DNA of 62,000 nt from Hyalangium minutum (GCF_000737315.1 NZ_JMCB01000006.1:206001-268000), one strand, 5' to 3'; shown: positions 1-10,473, counted from the stretch's first letter. Translations and numbers: made by a program. Notes: generated from the letters alone by a model not told the origin.

Positions 1-2
1 AG

Positions 3-362
3 CACTCGGCCAAGGTGGGTGAGGTGGAGCATGACCACCACGTGAACCTCTCCTACGCCGAGCCCGGCAAGGACCACTTCGTCTCCGTCAGTGGGCGCTG
101 CCGCCTGGTGCTCGACAAGGAGAAGGCCCGCGAGCTGTGGAACCCCTCCTTGAAAGCCTGGTTCCCGGACGGCCTGGAGGACCCGGAGCTTGCGCTGCTC
201 TGCGTCAAGGTGGAGAAGGCCGAGTACTGGGACACGGCCGACAGCCGCATGGTGCAGCTGATCGGCTTCGTGAAATCCGTCCTCACTGGCGAGCCGTACA
301 AGCCCGGCGAGAACGAGAAGGTGCAACTGGGCTCGGAGGATGCGGGCCTCAACGTGCACTGA
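3..362 (+). CDS. General stress protein 26 / pyridoxamine 5'-phosphate oxidase-like FMN-binding protein (5' end outside window)
   Basis: Frame open from window start; VNLSYA...FVSVSG...ELWNPSLKAWFPDG.EDP.LALL.V...AEYWD pattern typical of the Pyrid_ox_like family. Confidence 0.8.
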   Translation, partial: HSAKVGEVEHDHHVNLSYAEPGKDHFVSVSGRCRLVLDKEKARELWNPSLKAWFPDGLEDPELALLCVKVEKAEYWDTADSRMVQLIGFVKSVLTGEPYKPGENEKVQLGSEDAGLNVH

Positions 363-404
363 GCGGCCCCTTCCGGACTGAGACACAGGGGCTCTGCTGT
401 TTCA

Positions 405-445
405 CACCCACCCGGCGCACCGAGCGCCCGGTGGGTGCGTCTTTT
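405..445 (+). terminator. Probable intrinsic terminator after the stress-protein gene
   Basis: CACCCACCCGGCGC (405-418) / GCGCCCGGTGGGTG (424-437) 14-bp stem with one mismatch, followed by CGTCTTTT. Confidence 0.55.
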
Positions 446-695
446 GTCGCACCCGGGTTTTACTCAAGGGAGCAAGCGCGCTGGCTTCTTCCTCGGGGGC
501 CGCCCTCTGAGCATTTCAGTGAAATCGTGGTAACGGAGCGGCGTTGAACTTCAAAACGCTTTAGAGTATCAACCATCCGCATCCGAGAGTTTCCCCCTTC
601 CGGGGGACCGTGCCAGGCCGGGGCCAGCCGCATCCGCGGACTTGAGGGGCGTCACGAGGGCGGGACTCAGCCCGCAGCCTCGAAGGAACCTACAT

Positions 696-2010
<1,315 letters not shown>

Positions 2011-2027
<17 letters not shown>

Positions 2028-2943
2028 CGCCAAGACCGGGTCGAAGACGTTCACGTGGCTCGTCACCCTCGCGGCGGCGGGCCACCTCGTCTTCGTCACC
2101 GCGATGGGGAGGCTGCGGTGGGAGCACGCCGCGGCCGACCTGTTGCTTGCGGGGCTGGCTTGGGCCGGCCCCGCGCCGCGGCGTTTTCTCCAAGGCGGCT
2201 TCCCGCTGTGGCTCACCGGCATGCTGCTGGACAACCAGTGGCTGTGGCTGGGCCTGCGCGGCCGCGTCCACACCGGGGACTTGTGGGAGCTGGAGCGTGT
2301 GCTCTTCCCGTGCCCGGACGGCACCACCTGGCCTGCGTACTTCGCCACGCGCACCCACGCGGTGCTCGATTTCTTCTGCGGCTTCTCCTACGCGGCCTAC
2401 CTCTACGAAGTCTTCGGACTGGCGCTGTTGTTCTTCTTCCGCAAGCACCCGCGCTTCGCGACCATGTGCTGGGCCTTCTGCCTGCTGAACGCCATGGGCG
2501 TGGTGACGTACATGCTCTACCCCGCGGCGCCTCCCTGGTACGTGATGGCGTACGGCCCCGGTCCCGCGGACCTCACGGCTCCACCGAGCCCCGCCGGCAC
2601 CGCGCGCTTCGACGCGCTGATGGGCATCAGCTACTTCGCGAAGTTCTACGCCCGCAACCCCAATGTCTTCGGGGCCATGCCCTCGCTGCACGCCGCCTAC
2701 CCGACCCTGGTCGTCTGGCAGTCGTGGGGGTTGGGCCGGAGCTGGCGCGTGGGCACCATTGCATTCGCCGCACTGGTGGCGTTCTCCGCCATCTACCTGC
2801 AACACCACTACATCTTGGACGTCGTGGCGGGAGTGGTTGCCGCTCTGGCCGCCTGCTGGATTGTTGAGTACGCCCTCGTCCGGCGTGAATCTCCAGCTTC
2901 CGCGACCGTCCCCGTCATGCCTGGAGGCGACAGCCGTGCTTGA
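2011..2943 (+). CDS. Aur1/PAP2_3-family membrane phosphotransferase (inositol-phosphoceramide synthase-like)
   Basis: YMLYPAAPPWY, GAMPSLHAAY and YLQHHYILDVVAG match the Aur1/LPT catalytic domains; several TM segments; overlaps ino1 stop. Confidence 0.8.
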
Positions 2944-4177
2944 AACCCTGATGGCCTGGATCATGGGAGACCTCTCCCCTTCCGCGCGAATCTGGACGGC
3001 GCTCGGCCCGGCGCTGCTCGCGTGTGCCTACTTCATCCTGGGGCTCGTGGCGTTCTGCGTGCGCGTGGCCATCAAGGGCGTGCCGCAGGATGAGGAGACG
3101 CTCAAGCGCGGCAGCACCATCCTGGTGGGCATGTTCCTGCGCCACTACTTCTTCTGGGTCACCCAGCCCCTGTGGAAAGTGATTTACCGCTCGGGGCTGC
3201 CGGCCAACGCGCTGTCCATGCTGTCGGGCCTGCTGGGCGTGTCCTCGGGCGTGGCGGTGGCGGCGGGGCGCTTCACGCTGGGCGGCTGGCTCTTCCTGGC
3301 CTCCGGCATTCTGGACGTGATGGACGGGCGCATCGCCCGCATCCGCAAGCAGGCCAACCCGGCCGGCGCGGCGCTGGACTCGGTGCTGGACCGGTACGTG
3401 GACTCGGCCATGCTGATGGGCCTGGCCTGGTACTACCGGGACAACTGGGTGCTGCTGCCGGTGCTGGTGGCGTTCCTGGGCACCTCGCTGGTGCCGTACG
3501 TGCGCGCCCGCGGCGAGGGCCTGGGCATCAACATCCGCGGCGGCGCCATGCAGCGCCTGGAGCGGGTGCTCTTCCTGGGCGTGGGCGTGGCGCTGGCGCC
3601 CATCTTCGAGGCCATCTGGTTCCCCGAGCAGAAGCACCCCATGCACTGGCTGGCGGTGGTGGGCATCGTCTTCGTGGCCATCATGAGCAACGTGACGGCG
3701 TTCTCGCGGTTCCGGGCGCTCGTCAACGCGCTGGCGCCGCCTCCTCCTACGAGCCGCAAGCGCTCGGGGCTGGCAATCCTGGGCCTCAACGCGCTGGCGG
3801 GCGCGGTGGCCACGGGCGTGGACTTCGTGTCCGTGCTGGGAATGGTGGAGAAGCTGAGCTTCACGCCCGTCATCGCCACGGCGCTGGGGTGCGTGCTGGG
3901 TGGGGTGGTGAACTACTCGATGAACCGGCTGCTGACATTCCGCAGCCAGAGCGCGGTGGCGCCGCAGCTTGCCCGTTATACGTTGGTGAGCGCGACAAGC
4001 GCGCTGCTCAACGCGGGGGGTGTGGCGTTGCTCACGCTGCACCCGCAATTGGCGTACACGCTGGGATGGTGGTTGGCTCGAGGGGCGGTGTACTTCGCGT
4101 GGAACCTCCCCCTCCAGCGGGACTACGTCTTCAATGACCCGCCGGAGGCGCTCATGGAGCGCCCTCATGCGGCATGA
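2936..4177 (+). CDS. CDP-alcohol phosphatidyltransferase (PIP synthase-like) fused to a C-terminal GtrA-like domain
   Basis: DVMDGRIAR...GAALDSVLDRYVD signature; C-terminal 4-TM segment with VVNYSMNRLLTFR and WNLPLQRDYVF typical of GtrA; GTG start after GGAGG. Confidence 0.85.
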   Translation: MLETLMAWIMGDLSPSARIWTALGPALLACAYFILGLVAFCVRVAIKGVPQDEETLKRGSTILVGMFLRHYFFWVTQPLWKVIYRSGLPANALSMLSGLLGVSSGVAVAAGRFTLGGWLFLASGILDVMDGRIARIRKQANPAGAALDSVLDRYVDSAMLMGLAWYYRDNWVLLPVLVAFLGTSLVPYVRARGEGLGINIRGGAMQRLERVLFLGVGVALAPIFEAIWFPEQKHPMHWLAVVGIVFVAIMSNVTAFSRFRALVNALAPPPPTSRKRSGLAILGLNALAGAVATGVDFVSVLGMVEKLSFTPVIATALGCVLGGVVNYSMNRLLTFRSQSAVAPQLARYTLVSATSALLNAGGVALLTLHPQLAYTLGWWLARGAVYFAWNLPLQRDYVFNDPPEALMERPHAA

Positions 4178-5150
4178 CAAACTGTCTCTGCTAAGCCTGC
4201 TGGCCGTGCTCGCCCTGCCCTCGCTGGCGGGCGCGAGCGCCGTGCTGGAGCCGCTGCCCTCCTCGAACGACAACTACGGGGAGAGCTTCACCTTCATGGT
4301 GGACCTGGAGGACGGCACCTTCGTCTTCACCCAGTTCTCCATCACCAACCTGGGGCCGGGCTCGCGCCACGGCATCTGCCGGGCCACGGTGGTGCGCCCG
4401 GGGCAGAAGACTTGGTCGCCTCAGGTGAAGGTGAGCTCGGACGAGTGGGGCTACGACGCGGCCACCTCCACGCTGAAGATGGGGCCCTGCACGCTGCACG
4501 CTGGCACGGGCACTTTCCTGTCGCTGCCGCTGGACAACGGGCTGGTGAACATCACCTTCAGTGATCCGCCCTCGCCCAAGTCTCCTCCGGGCTCGGAGGT
4601 GGTAGTAGGCACCACGCGCTACCGCCACGAGGTGCTGCTGCCCTTCAGCGCGGCGAAGGTGGGTCTGCGGCTGCCGGGCTCCAACGCGCTGCTGGAGCTG
4701 TCCGGCGTGGGCTATGCGGACCACTCGCACTCCACGGTGGCTCCGGCGAAGCTGGCGCGCAGCTGGGTGCGCTTCCGGGCGCTGCGCTCGGGCGGCTCCA
4801 ACCTGCTGCTGCTGGCGCGCGAGGGCTTCGACGGAGGCTTCACCCCGGCCTACGTGTGGCCCGCGGGCGGTGAGCCGCAGGTGCTGCAGCGCTTCGAGCT
4901 GCGCCGCCAGCCGGGTGACTCGAAGAAGGCGGGCTGGGAGGCGGACCTGAGCGGCGCGGGGGGTGCGCTCTCACTGAAGGCCACCTCGCTGATGCTGCGC
5001 ACCGCGCCGGTGCAGGACCTGGGAATCTTGGGCAGCCTGGTGCGGCCGGTGGTGGGCTCGCCGGTGACATACCTCATGCGGGCGGTGCTGCAGCGCCCGG
5101 GGCAGCCAGACGTGCACGGGCTGATGGAAGTCACGCTGGATGAGGGGTGA
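4167..5150 (+). CDS. Exported beta-rich protein, AttH/Svf1-like lipocalin-type fold suspected
   Basis: N-terminal signal peptide (MRHDKLSLLSLLAVLALPSLAG); ESFTFMVDLEDGTFVFTQFSITN and GYADHS segments; overlaps upstream stop. Confidence 0.55.
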   Translation: MRHDKLSLLSLLAVLALPSLAGASAVLEPLPSSNDNYGESFTFMVDLEDGTFVFTQFSITNLGPGSRHGICRATVVRPGQKTWSPQVKVSSDEWGYDAATSTLKMGPCTLHAGTGTFLSLPLDNGLVNITFSDPPSPKSPPGSEVVVGTTRYRHEVLLPFSAAKVGLRLPGSNALLELSGVGYADHSHSTVAPAKLARSWVRFRALRSGGSNLLLLAREGFDGGFTPAYVWPAGGEPQVLQRFELRRQPGDSKKAGWEADLSGAGGALSLKATSLMLRTAPVQDLGILGSLVRPVVGSPVTYLMRAVLQRPGQPDVHGLMEVTLDEG

Positions 5151-5186
5151 GGAGAGGGGTATGGCGTCGGCGGACAGAGGTGCGCC

Positions 5187-5804
5187 GTGAACGTCTCGTT
5201 GCTACGAGAAGTGCACCACGTGCCGGGCGTGCGAGGGTGGGTGCGCAAGCAGGTGCTGCGCTCGGTGGCGCGCGTGGTGGAGTGGACGACGAAGCTCCCA
5301 GGGCGTGGAATGAACGTCTCCCAGGTGAACGACTGGCTGTGGGTGGGCGGCTCGGTGTCCCGCTCGCAGTACGCGGCGCTGAAGGCCCAGGGCATCACCG
5401 CGGTCATTGATTTGCGCGCCGAGCGCGTGGACGACGCGGCGGCGCTGGCGGCGCTCGGCATCGAGCTGCTGCACCTGCCGGTGACGGACCGGTATCCGCC
5501 GTCCGTGGAGCAGCTGATGAAGGGTGTGGAGTGGGCGCTGCCGCGGCTGAAGGCGGGGGGCAAGCTCTACACGCATTGCGAGCATGGCGTGGGCCGAGGC
5601 CCGCTGATGGGGCTGGCGGTGCTGGTGGCGCAGGGGGCCGATGTGAAGGAGGCGTACCGCGCGCTGCGCGAGCGCCGCTGGCAGGCCACCCTGAACGACC
5701 GGCAACTGGGAGGGCTCGCGGACTTCACCGTGGCGTGGGAGGCGAGGAAAGCCCCGGAGCGCGTCTCCCTTCCCCCCGCCTCACCGGGAGCCACCGGTAC
5801 CTGA
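5187..5804 (+). CDS. Dual-specificity/PTP-family phosphatase (PTPMT1-like lipid phosphatase candidate)
   Basis: HCEHGVGRG CX5R loop, GITAVIDLR, LHLPVTDRYPPS acid loop. Confidence 0.85.
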   Translation: MNVSLLREVHHVPGVRGWVRKQVLRSVARVVEWTTKLPGRGMNVSQVNDWLWVGGSVSRSQYAALKAQGITAVIDLRAERVDDAAALAALGIELLHLPVTDRYPPSVEQLMKGVEWALPRLKAGGKLYTHCEHGVGRGPLMGLAVLVAQGADVKEAYRALRERRWQATLNDRQLGGLADFTVAWEARKAPERVSLPPASPGATGT

Positions 5805-5873
5805 CAGAGACATTCCCCCCCGCATAAAGGTCTGGCTGCGGTCTGAGAGTTCCCTGCTAAAGAGGTCGTGCGT

Positions 5874-6554
5874 ATGAGCCGTTCCTACCTCCGCCATCAA
5901 TCCGGCCGCATGTTCGAGAACAACTTTCTCGAGGCCTGCTCGAGAGTGCACCCATCGGTGCCGTTCCTCTTCTACATCCCGCTGACGCTGGGCTTGTATG
6001 CCTGGTCTCTCTACGGGGGAAAGACGACGCTGGGGTACAGCGCGCTGTTCGTGCCGCTGGGCGTGCTGACGTGGCTTGGCATGGAGTACAGCCTCCACCG
6101 CTACTTCTTCCACTGGGAGGGCAACGGTCCGTTCACGCGGCGGGTGCATGAGATTACCCACGGCTACCACCACAAGTACCCGGACGACGCGGACCGGCTG
6201 GTGATGCCGCTGGGCGCGAGCATCCCGCTGGCCATCGTGATTGGCGGACTGCTGTGGCTGGTGGGCCAGCCGGTGGCGACGATTCCGTACTTCCTGGGCA
6301 TCGTCTGGGGCTACCTGGTGTACGACTTCCTCCACTGGTCCACGCACCACCGCACGCCGCGCACGGCGTGGGGCAAGGCGCTGCGCGCGCACCACATGGC
6401 GCACCACTTCGCCACGCCGGATCGCAACTTCGGCATCAGCAACATGTGGGTGGACATCCTGGTGGGCAGCGGTGGCCGCCGCCCCAAGCGGACCGAGCAG
6501 CCGGAGCAGCCGGAGGGCCAGCGCCCCGAGGTGACCTCCGGCGTGACGGAGTAG
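5874..6554 (+). CDS. Fatty acid hydroxylase superfamily protein, FA2H/Scs7 (sphingolipid 2-hydroxylase)-like
   Basis: His boxes LHRYFFH, HGYHHKYP, LHWSTHH, HHMAHHF; RMFENNFLEACSR and D.DRLVMP segments resemble the FA2H catalytic domain. Confidence 0.85.
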   Translation: MSRSYLRHQSGRMFENNFLEACSRVHPSVPFLFYIPLTLGLYAWSLYGGKTTLGYSALFVPLGVLTWLGMEYSLHRYFFHWEGNGPFTRRVHEITHGYHHKYPDDADRLVMPLGASIPLAIVIGGLLWLVGQPVATIPYFLGIVWGYLVYDFLHWSTHHRTPRTAWGKALRAHHMAHHFATPDRNFGISNMWVDILVGSGGRRPKRTEQPEQPEGQRPEVTSGVTE

Positions 6555-6592
6555 CCGAGTTACTGCGTCTCCTTCCCGGCGCGAAGAGGCAC

Positions 6593-6615
6593 CCGAGCCG
6601 CTATACTCGGCTCGG
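6593..6615. promoter_or_regulatory. Perfect inverted repeat enclosing a TATACT -10-like hexamer
   Basis: CCGAGCCG-CTATACT-CGGCTCGG, about 60 bp upstream of the 6678 start; no convincing -35. Confidence 0.3.
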
Positions 6616-6677
6616 CGGCCGGGCCTGATTCCAACATCCGTTCTCTCGGGGAGGACGGTCTCGAATCAGGGGTTTCG

Positions 6678-7526
6678 ATGAGACACCTCTTCGCGGTGCG
6701 CTCCTTTCTCTCCGCTCTCGCCTGCGCGCTCCTGTGCTCCTGCGTGACCTCCCGTGGCGCCGCGCCCGAGGAGGAGGACGAGGGTGCGCTGGGGTCCTTC
6801 CTGGACTCAGGAGCCTCGGGCCTCGTGTGCGATGGAACGCGGCTGGTAGGGGCCACCTCCTTCTCGCAGACGTGCCTGCCGACGGGGAAGAGCCCTGGCC
6901 CCACCGTGTCCGGCCTTGAGCCACTGTCCGCGCCGCTGCGCGAGTGCGTGCTCACGAGCCTCCCGGTGGAGACCGGCGGCGGCACCTCCCCCGAGTGCTT
7001 GAAGGGCGCGGCACAGGTGCTCCAAGGCCGACTGCGCCAGCTGGGCTGGCTGGAGGCCGAGGTCCTCCCCGCGACGGGCCGGCCGGACGTGTCCGAGGCC
7101 CAGCTGCAGGCCCAGCTCCGGAGCCGCTACCGGGTGGGCGTGATGCGGGTGGAGCACAGCGAGGAGCCCGGCGTCGTGGATCCGGAGAAGATCCTCGTGA
7201 AGGCGCGCGCGGCGGTGCCCGAGGGCTCCTGGTACACCTCGGGTGCCCTGGCGGAGATCCACGCCCGCGTCTTTCAGATGAAGAAGTTCCGCTCGGTCTG
7301 GGTGTACGGCGGCGAGCCGGATTACCGGAACAAGATCATCCCGGTGATCATCGACGTCTGGGAGAAGCCCCAGAAGCCGCGCAAGGTGAAGATGGCCCGG
7401 CCCGAGCGCCCGAGGCCGCGGGACAACTGCCCGAGACGCGACGCCATCTGCCTCAACGGGCAGGACTGCTCCTACGACACGGAGCACCGCTGCACCGTCT
7501 GCTTCTGCCGGCCCACCTTCCGCTGA
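6678..7526 (+). CDS. Putative lipoprotein with POTRA-like domain(s) and a Cys-rich C-terminal tail
   Basis: Signal peptide ending LLCSC; LRQLGWLEAEV...RYRVG...IHARVFQMKKFRSVWV...IPVIIDVWE; six-Cys tail. Confidence 0.6.
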   Translation: MRHLFAVRSFLSALACALLCSCVTSRGAAPEEEDEGALGSFLDSGASGLVCDGTRLVGATSFSQTCLPTGKSPGPTVSGLEPLSAPLRECVLTSLPVETGGGTSPECLKGAAQVLQGRLRQLGWLEAEVLPATGRPDVSEAQLQAQLRSRYRVGVMRVEHSEEPGVVDPEKILVKARAAVPEGSWYTSGALAEIHARVFQMKKFRSVWVYGGEPDYRNKIIPVIIDVWEKPQKPRKVKMARPERPRPRDNCPRRDAICLNGQDCSYDTEHRCTVCFCRPTFR

Positions 7527-7531
7527 ACCGG

Positions 7532-8236
7532 ATGAGGTCCTCCTCCATGCTTCGCTCCCTGCTGCTCGTCTTCATCCACCTCTCGCTGGTGTCTTGTACC
7601 GCCAGCGCTCCGAAAGCTTCTCCGTCCTGGTGGCAGAGCCTCGACGACACCGAGGCACCCGTCGAAGACACCGAGGTGTCCTGCCGGGGCATCCGGGCGA
7701 GCGATGAACTCGATCGGCTCGCGAACTGCTGGCCCCAAGGCTCGCCTCGGCTCACGCCCATGGATGTGGCGGGGCTCGACGAGATGCGCGTCGAGCTCCG
7801 CGAGTGCCTGCTCGCGGACCTGCCAGCACCGGGAATGACAGGAGAGAACCAGGCCCGGTGCCAGCAGGGCCTGGCCGAGGTGCTCGATCAACGGCTCTAC
7901 CGGCTGGGATGGCTCCGGGCGGAGGTGGCTCCTCCGGGGAACGCGGAGGCGGGAGAGGCCCAAGCCCGGCCGCAGCTCACCGTGAAGCTCGGGCAGCGCT
8001 ACCGGATTGGCCAGCTCTTCGTGGCCACGGGCCCGAGTCAGCGCGTGAACTCCAAGAAGATCATCAAGCAAGCGCAGAAGGCGATCCCCAAGCCTCGCTG
8101 GTGCACCGAGACAGCGCTGGAGGAGATCCACGCCCGGGTGTTCGACACGTCGAAGTTCCAGGAGGTCCGGATCAATCGCGGCGAGCCCGATGAGCGGGCA
8201 GGGCGAGTGCCCATCGTCATCGTCATTCAGGAGTAG
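7532..8236 (+). CDS. Putative lipoprotein with POTRA-like domain(s), paralogue of 6678-7526 (start may be 7547)
   Basis: Lipobox LVSC; LYRLGWLRAEV...RYRIG...IHARVFDTSKFQEVRI...VPIVIVIQE; shares several blocks with the upstream gene. Confidence 0.6.
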   Translation: MRSSSMLRSLLLVFIHLSLVSCTASAPKASPSWWQSLDDTEAPVEDTEVSCRGIRASDELDRLANCWPQGSPRLTPMDVAGLDEMRVELRECLLADLPAPGMTGENQARCQQGLAEVLDQRLYRLGWLRAEVAPPGNAEAGEAQARPQLTVKLGQRYRIGQLFVATGPSQRVNSKKIIKQAQKAIPKPRWCTETALEEIHARVFDTSKFQEVRINRGEPDERAGRVPIVIVIQE

Positions 8237-8272
8237 GGGCAGGCCAGAGCGGAAGCTAGGCTCTGGCCCTCC

Positions 8273-9928
8273 ATGGCCTTCCACTTCGACCGGAACTGCC
8301 GGCTGCTGGGCCCGTTCATCGGCCACACCACCGAGACGGAGGCCCGCATCTGGCTGCACGTGGCGGACCTGAAGCCCGGCGAGCGCCGCACGCTCCATGT
8401 CACCCTCCATCCGGACCGGCCGAACGCTCGCGCCGTGCAGCGGCTGACGCTCACCGTCTCCGAGGAGGACTGTGGCGTGGGCGTGGTCAACATCTCGGGG
8501 CTGGAGCCAGACACGCTCTACGTGTACCGGCTGACGTGGGACGAGGCAGGGCTGGCACCGATTGACCCCGGGGGCCTGGCGCCCGAGGAGCTGTGCTTCC
8601 GGACGCTGCCCCGGGCTGGCTTCAACCAGCAGCTCGATTTCCTGGTGATGAGCTGCCACAACCCGGAGACGGCGGTGCGCGATGGGGCGAACGGCTTCGC
8701 GGTATGGGAGCAGATGCCGGAGATCATCGCGCACAACAAGAACGTGCGCTTCGCGCTGCTGATGGGCGATCAGATCTACGCGGACGACATCGAGCGGAAA
8801 GCGCTGCGAGAGGAAGACCCGCTCAAGCGCGTGAAGCTGTACCTGGGCATCTACCGCAAGTACTGGAGCGACTTGCGCTACCGACGGGTGCTGTGTCGGC
8901 TGCCCGCCTATCTGATGTGGGACGACCACGACATCACGGATGGGTGGGGCTCGCGGGAGGACTCCTTCGAGGAGGCGCAGTCGGATGAGTTCAAGCCCTC
9001 GTGGAAGGGGATGTTCCAGTCGGCGCGGACGGCGTTCCAGCACATGCAGGCCTCGCGCAACCCGCCGCCGCTGTCGCCGGGGTACCAGGAGGGCTTCGAC
9101 ACATGCTTCCGGGTGGGGCGTGCGGGCTTCGTGCTGCCGGACCTGCGCAGCCACCGCAACGTGCGGCAGGGTCGCATCTGGACAGAGGCGCAGCAGGCCG
9201 CGGTGGAGCGGTGGGTGGCGTCGGAGCGGGAGAACCTGGACGTACTGTTCTTCTGCAGCAGCGTCGTGTTCTCGCACGGGCACCACGGGCTGGAGGCGCT
9301 GATGCGGAGCGGCTGGCCGTACGTGCTGCAGGCGGTGTCGTGGATGGGCTCCATCCGCTACGCGGGCCTGCGCAGCATGGCGAGCAGCTTCCACAAGAAC
9401 ATCGGAGACCTGCGGGATGATCTGAACGACAGCTGGGGTGCCGAGCCGAACCGGCGAGCCGCGGATCGGATGCTGGACTTCCTGTTCGGCCTGCAGAACC
9501 CGCCGAAGGGGCAGCGGCCGCTGAGCGTGGTGGTGCTGGCGGGGGACATCCACACGCCAGGGTACTCGACGCTGTACTCGTCGGATCCAGCGCACCGGGA
9601 ACGGCCGTCCATTCCGCACGTGGTGGCGTCTCCGGTGTCCTATCAGCCGTTCAGCTGGATGGCGGAGGCGGTGTACCGGCGGCTGACGCGCGTGGTGACG
9701 CTGGGGGAGCGAGGCGTGTACAGCGCGCAGGTGAGTCACCACTTCTCGCAGCGCAATGTGGTGGTGACGTCGCTGCGCAACGTGGCGGCGGACGAGTGGC
9801 ACCTCAAGGTGAAGTTCTACCTGGAGGGCTACCCGGAACCGCGCATCCTGCTGTTCGACTTGCACCGCACCTCGGGCCGCGAGGACATTCCCTGGCCCCA
9901 GGCGCGCGAGCCAAGCTTGCTGGGGTGA
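8273..9928 (+). CDS. PhoD-family (alkaline phosphatase D) metallophosphoesterase
   Basis: MGDQIYAD, MWDDHDI, PDLRSHR, AGDIH motifs; N-terminal FN3/purple-acid-phosphatase-like segment. Confidence 0.85.
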   Translation: MAFHFDRNCRLLGPFIGHTTETEARIWLHVADLKPGERRTLHVTLHPDRPNARAVQRLTLTVSEEDCGVGVVNISGLEPDTLYVYRLTWDEAGLAPIDPGGLAPEELCFRTLPRAGFNQQLDFLVMSCHNPETAVRDGANGFAVWEQMPEIIAHNKNVRFALLMGDQIYADDIERKALREEDPLKRVKLYLGIYRKYWSDLRYRRVLCRLPAYLMWDDHDITDGWGSREDSFEEAQSDEFKPSWKGMFQSARTAFQHMQASRNPPPLSPGYQEGFDTCFRVGRAGFVLPDLRSHRNVRQGRIWTEAQQAAVERWVASERENLDVLFFCSSVVFSHGHHGLEALMRSGWPYVLQAVSWMGSIRYAGLRSMASSFHKNIGDLRDDLNDSWGAEPNRRAADRMLDFLFGLQNPPKGQRPLSVVVLAGDIHTPGYSTLYSSDPAHRERPSIPHVVASPVSYQPFSWMAEAVYRRLTRVVTLGERGVYSAQVSHHFSQRNVVVTSLRNVAADEWHLKVKFYLEGYPEPRILLFDLHRTSGREDIPWPQAREPSLLG

Positions 9929-9936
9929 CAAACGCC

Positions 9937-10473
9937 ATGCCCCAGCAGTTGAATCAAGAGGAGCGCCTCATGCGCTGGGCCCGAGAGCGGGAGAGCCTCT
10001 TTCTCGCGCTCCAGCGTGCCTCCATTCCAGAGAAGCTCGTCGCGTATAAGCAGCTCGAGAAGCGCATCCTCAAGGAGACGCGAACGGCCCAGGAGCGGCA
10101 GGTGATCCAAAGGAGAATCTCCATGGATCTGCTTGTGGCTACCAGTGATGGTTCGTGGAGGGGATTTTCCCCTTACCTGAGGCGAGCGGAGCGGCTCGGC
10201 TACGCCTCCATGTTTGATCGGTTGCTGGCTTGCGTCCTGGCAGCCCAGGCGTCCAAGCAATCTCCTGTAGGCAGGACCAAGGCGACCGCGCTCATCACCG
10301 ACATCGAGCGGCGAACGCGTGGCCGGAAGCTTCATCCGGGAGTCCGTGAGGAGATTGATGGCGCACTGTCACGCGCCCGCCGGATCTTGGGTATCAACAC
10401 GATCAAGGCTGGCGCGCACAGCTCAGCCTCTCCAACGAGCTTGAGTGCTCGCAAGCGCCGCCCGAGCAAATAA
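9937..10473 (+). CDS. Hypothetical helical protein
   Basis: Co-directional ORF filling the gap between phoD-like gene and aminotransferase; no recognised motif. Confidence 0.5.
   Translation: MPQQLNQEERLMRWARERESLFLALQRASIPEKLVAYKQLEKRILKETRTAQERQVIQRRISMDLLVATSDGSWRGFSPYLRRAERLGYASMFDRLLACVLAAQASKQSPVGRTKATALITDIERRTRGRKLHPGVREEIDGALSRARRILGINTIKAGAHSSASPTSLSARKRRPSK

Noticed and set aside
544-572. TTGAAC-N17-TATCAA as the ino1 promoter
   Set aside because: Weak match to consensus; cannot be supported without TSS data
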